The position numbers were made by a program, and so were the translations under genes. From Candidatus Cloacimonadales bacterium (GTDB lineage: Bacteria; Cloacimonadota; Cloacimonadia; Cloacimonadales; JAFGVF01), in NCBI GenBank assembly GCA_963663475.2, contig CAXXJV010000001.1, positions 1,984,001 to 2,048,000 of the forward strand: a DNA stretch of 64,000 bases, given 5' to 3'. Under the pieces are notes generated by a model. That model worked only from the letters and a program-made list of their open reading frames with translations, had not been told where the DNA came from and did no database searches. Position 1 is the stretch's first letter; each line of letters opens with the position of its first letter. Positions 10,014-18,048 of the stretch are shown here, piece by piece.

Positions 10014-10712
10014 TTATTTTATATTCGTTTCAAAATACTTTAGAGCAGCCACTTGCCATTGAGAGAAATCTGAAGTCATATAATAAAGTACTCTACAATG
10101 CTTTCTGAAATTTCTTAGCTCATCATCAGAGAGATCTTTTCCATAAATTAAGTAGATTTTGGATTGGTCTAGAAATCTTTCAGGAGCTTCTAGTAATTTC
10201 TCTTTGGGAATATTTATAGCCTGATCAATCGCCCCTTTCACGTATAAGTCAGAATCCCTTAAATCTATTATTTGCAGATTCTTCTTGTAGAAATCTATTA
10301 GCTGGAAAGTTTCTGCTGCTATGATATTTTTATTTTCATAATCGAGATGTTTTTCTGGTTTATTTATCAATCCATGGGCAAATAAATCAATATTATAAAG
10401 CTTAGTATCTTCTTGTAAATGAAACTTGAGATTTAGAGAATCAAAAATGCACAGGAAATCGTAGGATATCTTTAAAGATAAATTATGACTCTGGCCAGGA
10501 GATAATGACTTGATAAACTTATCAATAACCTTAACTCCTCAGCCACCATCGATTCTCTCTATAGTAATTTCAGAATCACTTTGATTAGTCACTTGGAAAG
10601 TATATAACTCAGATTCTTGATTAACTAAACGCAAAGTGAAAGGTCTTTGCTCATCAGCAAAAACTTGATTTGAAAATAGAAAAACTATTATCAAAAAAAA
10701 ATAAGATTTCAC
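10014..10712 (-). CDS. Candidate exported selenoprotein: signal peptide + DUF1573-like Ig domain (Sec at codon 58) + rhodanese-like domain lacking the catalytic Cys (232 aa)
   Basis: GTG at 10712 is in frame with the tracked ORF 10014-10370 (342 nt upstream). It gives MKSYFFLIIVFLFSNQVFA...FQVTNQSDSEITIERIDGG-TGA-GVKVIDKFIKSLSPGQSHNLSLKISY. The only stop is TGA at 10541-10539. The C-terminus has 'IIDLRD...Y..GAI..AINIP...LIYG'. Confidence 0.7.
10497..10538 (-). promoter_or_regulatory. Putative bacterial SECIS hairpin directly after the in-frame UGA
   Basis: mRNA UGA-GGAGUUAAGGUUA-UUGAUA-AGUU-UAUCAA-GUCAUUAUCUCC. 6-bp upper stem. The AGUU loop starts 19 nt after UGA and has G at position 2 followed by U. 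GGAG/CUCC closes the lower stem. Confidence 0.55.
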
Positions 10713-10714
10713 TC

Positions 10715-11419
10715 TTAGAAATTCTCCACTTTATCGAAAATATAAGGTGAGTATGGTCCCATAACTATAGTACCAGCACTATTATATCCTAGGTCCCAAC
10801 TAGTAAGATAAGTGGGGAAGAGGGTTGTTTCTGAAGTTAAATAAGCAACTCCTGGTATTGAAGCACTACAATCTGTGCCTGAGGTTTCTCCAGAAAAATG
10901 GTCTCCGTTCCAATTAAATTCTAATCCACAGCCAGGTTTTAGAGTTAAATCATCTTCACTAATTTGATCAAAATCTTCAGGTGTTTCCCAAGCTCCCACA
11001 TAAGTTGCAGGACTAGGAATAGCATAGATTTCATCTTTTAACTGACCATTTTCTTCAAAGACTCGATAAACTCTTTGTCTGTATGGTGAACTTAACTGAT
11101 CAGCATAAGCTTGTTCTACATAGAGCCAATAGCCATTGTCTGTGGATAGGTGATCCCAAATTCTAACCATTTTCAATCTAACATCAACATGGTAAGGATC
11201 AGTGGAAGTTGCAGCTTGTTCCTCACTAGAAAAAGAACCGGTCATGTAATCGATTAATAATTCAAGACTGCCTGATTCATCTTGTGAAAAAGTAATATTT
11301 TCAATCTCATTTATATCAATCTCAATATTTGAACCATCTGTTTTGTTAATTATCATATTAGCAGAAAACAGATTTGCACATAGCGTAAGTATCATTAATA
11401 TTTTTATAAATTTTTTCAT
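10715..11419 (-). CDS. Secreted CpcT/CpeT-family (bilin lyase-like) protein
   Basis: Motifs 'MTGSFSSEEQA', 'WLYVEQA', 'PYRQRVY', 'GC' and 'G..C', 'SWDLGY', 'PYIF' are typical of CpcT/CpeT. Signal peptide plus a short N-terminal motif. AGGAG RBS. Confidence 0.8.
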   Translation of the reverse strand: MKKFIKILMILTLCANLFSANMIINKTDGSNIEIDINEIENITFSQDESGSLELLIDYMTGSFSSEEQAATSTDPYHVDVRLKMVRIWDHLSTDNGYWLYVEQAYADQLSSPYRQRVYRVFEENGQLKDEIYAIPSPATYVGAWETPEDFDQISEDDLTLKPGCGLEFNWNGDHFSGETSGTDCSASIPGVAYLTSETTLFPTYLTSWDLGYNSAGTIVMGPYSPYIFDKVENF

Positions 11420-11428
11420 TTTATTCTC

Positions 11429-11878
11429 CTATTTGATTACTATCATTTTTTTTACAATTGATCTATCTTCATGAGTTAAAGAGTAGAAATATACCCCACT
11501 GGCAACTTGTTTATTATCATCATTTTTGCCATTCCATACAAACTCATGTCTTCCAGAATCAAGATTTTTATTTACTAACTGTCTTACTTTTTGCCCTTTC
11601 AAATTGTATATTTCCAATTTGCTTTTACCTTTACTATTCAACTCAAAAGCGATTGTTGTTCTAGGATTAAAAGGATTAGGGTAGTTTTTCAAGAACTTAA
11701 CAGGGATTGAATTGACTATAGTAGTCATATCTTCAATCGATACGTCTTCTGAGAAAGAAATATTAGCAATCTCAGAAAGGTCAAAAGAATATGTTTCGTT
11801 GCTTGTTTCTATGGTAATAGTTTCAGCAAATATATTTGAAACAAGAAGCAAGCAAATCAAAAAACAGAATTTTTTCAT
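11429..11878 (-). CDS. Minimal secreted protein: signal peptide + about 30-aa motif + FlgD-Ig/T9SS-type CTD
   Basis: GGAGG RBS. 'KNYPNPFNPRTTI...WNGKND...VASGVY' makes up most of the mature protein. Confidence 0.85.
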   Translation of the reverse strand: MKKFCFLICLLLVSNIFAETITIETSNETYSFDLSEIANISFSEDVSIEDMTTIVNSIPVKFLKNYPNPFNPRTTIAFELNSKGKSKLEIYNLKGQKVRQLVNKNLDSGRHEFVWNGKNDDNKQVASGVYFYSLTHEDRSIVKKMIVIK

Positions 11879-11959
11879 TTATCCTCCACTTTTAGGCAAG
11901 AATTTAGATTAACACTGTTAAGTCAAGAAATTTTACTCTTTCTCTCTAATAAAAAATGG

Positions 11960-12280
11960 AAACTGTTCAACTATCAAGCTATTCTTCCCAATAGTTTATC
12001 TTTAACAAAAATAATGCAGTAGGACTTTGCGAATAGGAGAATATAGTGCTGTTCACAAAGGTCTACTGCATTATTAGGATTATATGAAGAGTGACGGGAC
12101 TTGCTCACGGAGTAGCGACTTCCGACACTCTTCACCCGAAGTCCCTTGCCTACGGCTGAGGAACTCCGGTCTCCAACAAAAAGCAGGCTCAAGTTCAAGT
12201 CAGGGATTTTTGATGAATCAATATAGTAATGAAATATTTTCATTTTCCTATATTATTCCCACCAGACTTGAACTTGAGCC
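11960..12280. repeat. Cluster of nested repeats and hairpins: GAGACTGTT-MITE end, ACCC-type MITE copy (12005-12080) and three further inverted repeats
   Basis: aataatgcagtag/ctactgcattatt; tgaagagtg/cactcttca (12085-12134); ccgaagtccct/aggaactccgg (12136-12169); 16-bp perfect ggctcaagttcaagtc/gacttgaacttgagcc (12186-12280). Confidence 0.75.
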
Positions 12281-12313
12281 GAATCTATATTATACGCCTT
12301 AAAATTCTGTAAC

Positions 12314-13774
12314 TTACTTTGCTAAGACTAATTTTCTTGTTAAAGAATGATTGTTTTGTTTAATTCTGTAGAAATATAAAGCAGAAGTGCACTTCTTACC
12401 TTCATTATTCTCACCATTCCAGATTATCTTATGATCTCCAGAACTTGCATAATCAGCTAAAAGGGTCTTGACTAACTGACCTTTCAGGTTAAAAATCTGG
12501 ATACTAGTTTGTCCATTTTCAGGTAAAGAATAAGTGATAGTAGTTTCTGGGTTGAATGGATTTGGATATGCCAAAGCTGTAATTGAAGGAGCAAGATAAG
12601 TAACATCATTATCAACATTTGGAACATTATAGTATAAAGGATAGATTTGATTTTCAGAGTAGTAGACATATAATCCATCTATTGTTAGAAAAATAATAGT
12701 ATCTGTACCATCAATTTGATATAGGCCTTTAATTAGAGAAGTAACATCATAACCATTAACTAAAGTAGTAAAAGTAGCTCCATAATCTACACTTTTCTTA
12801 ATTTGATAATTATCACAGGCATAAAGTGTACCTGGATTTTGAGCATCAATATCTAAACAGTTAAGACCTATACCATTATAACTACTTAGAGGAATCCAGT
12901 TAAATCCATTATCAGTAGATTTCATTATCTTCCATCTAGAGCTGGTTACTGAAAAACAATTAGCATAAATTAAACCATTTCCACAGAAAATAAAGTCATT
13001 ATTACCATTTAAAGCAATATACTCATACCAATCCATACCACTTGTACTATCAACAAGACTGGTAGTTAATCCACGATCTTCTGATCTATATAGTTTGCCA
13101 TCATCTTTAGCAAAGAACATTATGTTATTATTTTCTGGATGAACATCTTTCAAAAGCATGTTAGTAAGAGCTTGATGGTTGAGATTAAGTAATTGTGACC
13201 ATGTTTTACCATTATCGCCAGTTTGATAAATAAATTGGTCATTAGCTGGTCCACCGTATTCATGTTCGTAGGATACATAAATAATATCTTCACAATCTTT
13301 GATGATATTATGAATATAGTTTCTAGGTGAAGTAACAAATTCTTCAGGAAAGAAGATTAAATTAGTATTAAATTCAGTAATATTATCACTTGTAGCCCTA
13401 TAGATAAAATCGTAATAAGTTACAGGTTCGTCATAGTATCTCTTTAGTAAGAGTAGTAAGTTATCATTTAAATCTTTCACAAATGATCTGGTCCCGTATG
13501 ATCTTAAACTCTCTTGACTATAATAATAACCAGGAATTGAGTAGCAATTTGCCTCATCACTTATATAAGCATATGTCCCATTAAAAGAGATATCCAATTT
13601 GTCTAGATTAGCATCTCTATCACCATAAAACTCAGGATACTCATTGTAGCCAACGTAGATTTTTAATAAATCATTTTCTTCAATTACAGGAAAAATTTTA
13701 GAGTAACTTCTAGTAGCAAAAAGACAGCTAGTAATTGCCAAGATTGAGATAACTAGTAGCATTTTAAATTTCAT
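12314..13774 (-). CDS. Secreted Asp-box (BNR) beta-propeller protein with FlgD-Ig/T9SS-type CTD
   Basis: Repeated S/T-x-D-x-G-x-x-W/F motifs (TGDNGKTW, SEDRGLTT, STDNGFNW, SVDYGATF). 'AYPNPFNPETTI' CTD. GGAGG RBS. Confidence 0.8.
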   Translation of the reverse strand: MKFKMLLVISILAITSCLFATRSYSKIFPVIEENDLLKIYVGYNEYPEFYGDRDANLDKLDISFNGTYAYISDEANCYSIPGYYYSQESLRSYGTRSFVKDLNDNLLLLLKRYYDEPVTYYDFIYRATSDNITEFNTNLIFFPEEFVTSPRNYIHNIIKDCEDIIYVSYEHEYGGPANDQFIYQTGDNGKTWSQLLNLNHQALTNMLLKDVHPENNNIMFFAKDDGKLYRSEDRGLTTSLVDSTSGMDWYEYIALNGNNDFIFCGNGLIYANCFSVTSSRWKIMKSTDNGFNWIPLSSYNGIGLNCLDIDAQNPGTLYACDNYQIKKSVDYGATFTTLVNGYDVTSLIKGLYQIDGTDTIIFLTIDGLYVYYSENQIYPLYYNVPNVDNDVTYLAPSITALAYPNPFNPETTITYSLPENGQTSIQIFNLKGQLVKTLLADYASSGDHKIIWNGENNEGKKCTSALYFYRIKQNNHSLTRKLVLAK

Positions 13775-13929
13775 AGCTTCCTCCAGAAGGCTTAGTAAGT
13801 TAATATATTACAATAATGTTTATTTATTTAATGAGTGTCAAGTAATATTATTAAAATTAAAAAATATTTATCTATTTAATAGCAAATCTAGTATTCTAAT
13901 CTAACAAAATACTTTTCCATATTGATAAT

Positions 13930-15120
13930 TTATTCTTTTTTTACTCCACATGAACTACAAAAATCACCACAGACATAACTTTTAGAATTGCATTCTGAGC
14001 AAATCTCAACCTGTTTAGTGCCACAAAATGGACAGTAATCAAGCTTGTCTGGTAGTCTTTTCCCACATTCAAAACAAGCTGAATTGCTCAATCTTTTTTG
14101 CTGAAGTCTTTTCTTATTAAATATTTTTTTCTGGATTATATATATCAGGAAAATAGCAAATAACACTGCTAAGAGAATTAAAATATAATGCCAAATGGCT
14201 ACAAGGTGAAGGGCTTTTAAAGTCTCAAATACTTTTTTAAAAAAATACTGGGGAATGAGCTCTAATAGTAGATTAATAAATTTTAAGAAAATTGGAATTG
14301 AAACTACCACTAGTAGATGACTCGAAATCAATAACTGAAGTCCAGAATCTTTCATAATGCTTTTCTGATTCCAAAAATAGATAAAGATAAAAAGTGGTAT
14401 TAGAAATAGCATTTGCCAGCCAAACTTCTTATATTTATACCAAAATTTAAAACTTTCTACTTCCTTCTCTAAATTTTTAATTTCTTGGCTATTAAAAGCT
14501 TGAACATAGTTGAAAAGTTCAGTTACTTTCCCCTCATTATAAATTTTCTTATCAAGCTCATTTAATTCTGAAGTAAGCTTTTCAAATTTGTCAGATTGAT
14601 TTTGACTTGATGTCATTATCGACGGTTTATTTTGAGGATTATTCTTTTTAGAAATATTAGAAAGCAGAGCATTCTGACTTATTACTCTAGATTTACTTGC
14701 TTTTAGATTTAAGGACTCAATTTCTTTTTGTATCTTCCTTCTTTGCATAAAGAAGTCATTAACCTGCGTGTCATCATAGATTAGATCTAACTTATTATAA
14801 AACTCTCTACAAACAGGATGCATTCTCTTGACTTCTAAATTTTTACTATAGTCATATAAGATATAGCCTTGTAATCTATCTATTTCATTGCTAGATGTCC
14901 AGTTTTGCTTAATGAAGATTTCACGGCAATTGTAAGGGAAATATTGGTTAGGAGATGTTAGTTGTTGAGTATGTTCTCCTAAACCCGTAAAGATGACACT
15001 TAAGACAAAGATATCTAAAAAGATAATAACAATTAGAGAAAGGATTCCTAAAGGCTCTTTATCCTTTAATTTAGTTAAATTCTCTTTAAATTCTACAATG
15101 CTTTTTGCTAATTTCTTCAT
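13930..15120 (-). CDS. Membrane protein with coiled coil and C-terminal double zinc ribbon
   Basis: Four hydrophobic segments and four CxxC pairs at the C-terminus. Confidence 0.75.
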   Translation of the reverse strand: MKKLAKSIVEFKENLTKLKDKEPLGILSLIVIIFLDIFVLSVIFTGLGEHTQQLTSPNQYFPYNCREIFIKQNWTSSNEIDRLQGYILYDYSKNLEVKRMHPVCREFYNKLDLIYDDTQVNDFFMQRRKIQKEIESLNLKASKSRVISQNALLSNISKKNNPQNKPSIMTSSQNQSDKFEKLTSELNELDKKIYNEGKVTELFNYVQAFNSQEIKNLEKEVESFKFWYKYKKFGWQMLFLIPLFIFIYFWNQKSIMKDSGLQLLISSHLLVVVSIPIFLKFINLLLELIPQYFFKKVFETLKALHLVAIWHYILILLAVLFAIFLIYIIQKKIFNKKRLQQKRLSNSACFECGKRLPDKLDYCPFCGTKQVEICSECNSKSYVCGDFCSSCGVKKE

Positions 15121-15421
15121 CTTCTACTCCTTATAAAATAATTTATAATGTTAACTTTTAATTAAATAAATAGTTAGTCAAGGATTTATTTATTTTAATA
15201 CAATGGCATATTAACAAACTTAAACAATTTCTGCAAATTATAGATATAAAGCAATTTTTCTTGACATTTATTTCAGATAAGTCAAAATTATAAAAATATT
15301 GCAATTGATTTTTTTAATGATTAAAAAAACTACTTATTGTCATTCTACATGAAGACTGGGATAAGGTATAAGATAAAATATAAATCTTGCATAAGTAAAC
15401 TTGAAAGGACAAAGCTAGATA

Positions 15422-16669
15422 ATGCTCTATTATGAAAGAAAAAACTACTGGTTAATGATAATTATTGCCTTAGGGATGATGCTCCTAGGAATAGTAAGTG
15501 ATGGGTTTATTAACAGTTTTCAAGGTTTCTTGAATCTTCAAACTCACGCAGCTAGATTAATAAACGATTTTACTGTTGTGGGAGGAGTAGGAGGAGCTCT
15601 GCTAAATGCTGGATTTATGGGACTTCTTACCCTTATTATGGTGAGATTCTGTGATATAAGTCTCTCCGGACCTACTATAGCTGCTTTCTTTACAATTGTA
15701 GGCTTTAGCCTTTTTGGAAAAACACCTCTAAACACCTTACCAATAGTCATAGGAGTCTTCATCGCTAGCAGGGTAAGTGGTAAATCTTTTAGTTCTTATA
15801 TACTTTTTGCCCTCTTTGGAACAGCTCTTGGCCCCCTAGTAAGTTATGCAATTTTTGAAGCAGGTTTTACTGGTATTATTGGCATTCTTATGGGCTTATT
15901 CTTTGGCGTTCTAGCAGGATTTATTCTTCCTGGCTTAGGCATGGCCATGCTGAGAATGCATGAAGGATTTAACCTCTATAATATGGGCCTTACTTGTGGT
16001 TTTTTAGCTTTATTCTTTGCTTCATTTTTAGTAGGATTCCAGAAAGATTTAAGCATAAAAATCATATGGGGAAGTCAAAACCATCTCGGCCTTACTTTAC
16101 TTACTCCCATAATATCCTTAATTTTGGTGATCTGGGGAGCCCTAATGGATGGTCCTAAACTCAAACAAAATTTGGCCAATATTATGAAATTATCAGGCAG
16201 ACTTCCAACTGATTTCATGTTCTCTGTATCACCAGGTTCTGCCTTAGTTAATGCAGGTTTACTAGGACTAATAGCTAGTCTCTATATATATTTAATCAAG
16301 GCTCCTTTCAATGGACCAGTCATTGGAGGTCTTTTCACAGTTATTGGTTTTGCTGCTTTTGGTAAACATTTAAAGAATTGTTGGCCTACAGCCCTAGGTG
16401 TTGTTATTGCAACTTTAGTATTTGGTAAAACCTTAAATGCTCCAGGTCCTGTTTTAGCCTTTCTTTTTGTTACAACTCTAGCGCCTCTAAGTGGTGAATT
16501 TGGCCCACTAATCGGTCTTGCTGCTGGATTTGTACATTTGGCAATAGTTGAAAGAACTGCTGCCTGGCATGGTGGCTTAGATTTATATAATAATGGTTTT
16601 GCAGGTGGCTTAACAGCTACTCTATTCTTAGCAATTATACAGTGGTTCAAAGGAACAAAAAAAAGATAA
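15422..16669 (+). CDS. DUF1576-family integral membrane protein
   Basis: Two-fold internal repeat with 'GF.LYNMG..CG' and 'GLDLYNNGFAGG', plus 'FGK' and 'TTLAP' motifs. Multi-TM. Confidence 0.85.
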   Translation: MLYYERKNYWLMIIIALGMMLLGIVSDGFINSFQGFLNLQTHAARLINDFTVVGGVGGALLNAGFMGLLTLIMVRFCDISLSGPTIAAFFTIVGFSLFGKTPLNTLPIVIGVFIASRVSGKSFSSYILFALFGTALGPLVSYAIFEAGFTGIIGILMGLFFGVLAGFILPGLGMAMLRMHEGFNLYNMGLTCGFLALFFASFLVGFQKDLSIKIIWGSQNHLGLTLLTPIISLILVIWGALMDGPKLKQNLANIMKLSGRLPTDFMFSVSPGSALVNAGLLGLIASLYIYLIKAPFNGPVIGGLFTVIGFAAFGKHLKNCWPTALGVVIATLVFGKTLNAPGPVLAFLFVTTLAPLSGEFGPLIGLAAGFVHLAIVERTAAWHGGLDLYNNGFAGGLTATLFLAIIQWFKGTKKR

Positions 16670-16681
16670 GGAGAAGATCTC

Positions 16682-17089
16682 ATGCAGAGTAAAGAATACT
16701 TACTTCATATTATTGGAGAGATATCAAACTATATTTTGGATTCAAAACCTAGTAGAATGGTGGTAAGTCTTCACCAAGAAGATGATGGAATGCATTTAGC
16801 TGTTGTTGATAATACTGTTCGAACAGATAGTGAATTAGAAGAGATTAATAGAAATCTAAATACAGGAACCAGACCAGAATTTGCTGAATACTATGGCACT
16901 ATGGGAGGAAGTGATATGTTGGGAACAGCTAGACTTAATCTTATAGGTTGGCAAATTAAACACGCCGATGTTAGCAGAACTCTTAACGGAACAAAGATTG
17001 ATTTATGGGTAGGAAGTGACCGTTTTGATGCTTCTTATTTCAGTATCCCAAACCATGTAGTGAAGGAGAATACTAAAAAGAAAAAATAG
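16682..17089 (+). CDS. Small soluble hypothetical protein coupled to DUF1576 (possibly a degenerate GHKL-like fold)
   Basis: AAGGAG RBS overlapping the upstream stop. Predicted helix-strand-strand('LAVVDN')...'GTKIDL' layout. Confidence 0.6.
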   Translation: MQSKEYLLHIIGEISNYILDSKPSRMVVSLHQEDDGMHLAVVDNTVRTDSELEEINRNLNTGTRPEFAEYYGTMGGSDMLGTARLNLIGWQIKHADVSRTLNGTKIDLWVGSDRFDASYFSIPNHVVKENTKKKK

Positions 17090-17106
17090 GATAAAGGGCA
17101 AAAGTT

Positions 17107-17697
17107 ATGAGAGATAATATTGTTTTTGAAACTGAAAGATTAGTTATTAGAAAAGCTCAAAATACTGAAAGTGATATAGATAATTTTTATAATCTCTGGA
17201 ATAATCCTAAGGTTATGCAGTTAGTAGGATTTCCTAATGGACTTGGTATATCTCGTTTAGAAATACAAAATATATTTGCAAAAAATGCAAGATGTGAGTA
17301 TGATTCTAGGTTAGTGGTTACTGAAAAAGAGACTGGTTATTTTATCGGAGAATGTAAATTAGGAAGTCCTGATATAAAAGGAATCTCAGAAACAGATGTT
17401 AAACTTCTGCCTGAATTTCAAGGTCAAGGCTTTGGAAAGGAGATTAAACAAGGATTATGTCACTATCTTTTTTCTAATACTAAATGTCAAATAGTGCAAG
17501 CAACTCCAAATAAACTAAATATTGCTTCCCAAAAAATGCAAGAATTCTGTGGTGGAAAGAAAGTCGGGGAAAAAATATGGCAGGCACCTAAAGACTCTAC
17601 TATCTTGCGCACAGATGTTCATGCCTTTATATATCACATTCACAAACATGATTTTTATAAAATATTTGATAAACTTAATAAAAACAAGGATAAATAA
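17107..17697 (+). CDS. GNAT (RimJ/RimL-type) N-acetyltransferase
   Basis: 'FETERLVIR', 'FQGQGFGKE' acetyl-CoA motif and 'NIASQK'. Confidence 0.85.
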   Translation: MRDNIVFETERLVIRKAQNTESDIDNFYNLWNNPKVMQLVGFPNGLGISRLEIQNIFAKNARCEYDSRLVVTEKETGYFIGECKLGSPDIKGISETDVKLLPEFQGQGFGKEIKQGLCHYLFSNTKCQIVQATPNKLNIASQKMQEFCGGKKVGEKIWQAPKDSTILRTDVHAFIYHIHKHDFYKIFDKLNKNKDK

Positions 17698-17739
17698 TTA
17701 TATTATGAAAATCTAAGTGATTATGAAAAAAGAGTCCTT

Positions 17740-17882
17740 TCAGAGTGTTGCCAAAGTCAACTTCTCTGAGTTTTAGCCTCTTTTTACAAAAGATATTGCG
17801 ACTTTAATAAAATTTCTAAATTACCTAGATGTATCTTAGTTTCTGAGATAATTCAAGAATTGGTGGATTTATCAACAGCCTC
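17740..17882. repeat. Possible degenerate MITE (third family)
   Basis: Ends tcagagtgttgccaaagtc / ggatttatcaacagcctc are loosely inverted. TCAGAGTGTTG also occurs inverted at about 48816-48826. Confidence 0.3.
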
Positions 17883-17980
17883 TTATCAAGTATTGCTTTT
17901 TACAAGCAAGCTAATAATTAATATTATAATGTGAAAAATATTGCAATTAAGGCTATTTAATAATTATTATAAAAATTCAT

Positions 17981-18008
17981 TTGACAAGTTATATAAATTT
18001 TCTATAAT
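17981..18008 (+). promoter_or_regulatory. Sigma70-type promoter of the cheBR operon
   Basis: TTGACA-16 nt-TATAAT. Confidence 0.6.
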
Positions 18009-18048
18009 TTGTTAAAAAATCGATAATTAAGTTATAAGCCTATTTTCA

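Noticed and set aside
10014-10370. Stand-alone 118-aa rhodanese starting at TTG 10370
   Set aside because: No RBS, and the frame continues 114 codons upstream to a signal peptide. It is better explained as the 3' part of the read-through gene.
10539-10541. Genome-wide TGA reassignment (code 4 or 25) as the explanation of the in-frame TGA
   Set aside because: TGA ends purK, both ATGA-overlapped genes at 56073 and 57284, the NUDIX gene and the TSUP gene at their expected lengths, and long genes here are not broken by TGA.
11974-12302. ORFs 11974-12243 and 12084-12302
   Set aside because: They run across the hairpin/MITE cluster, with no RBS or recognisable protein features.
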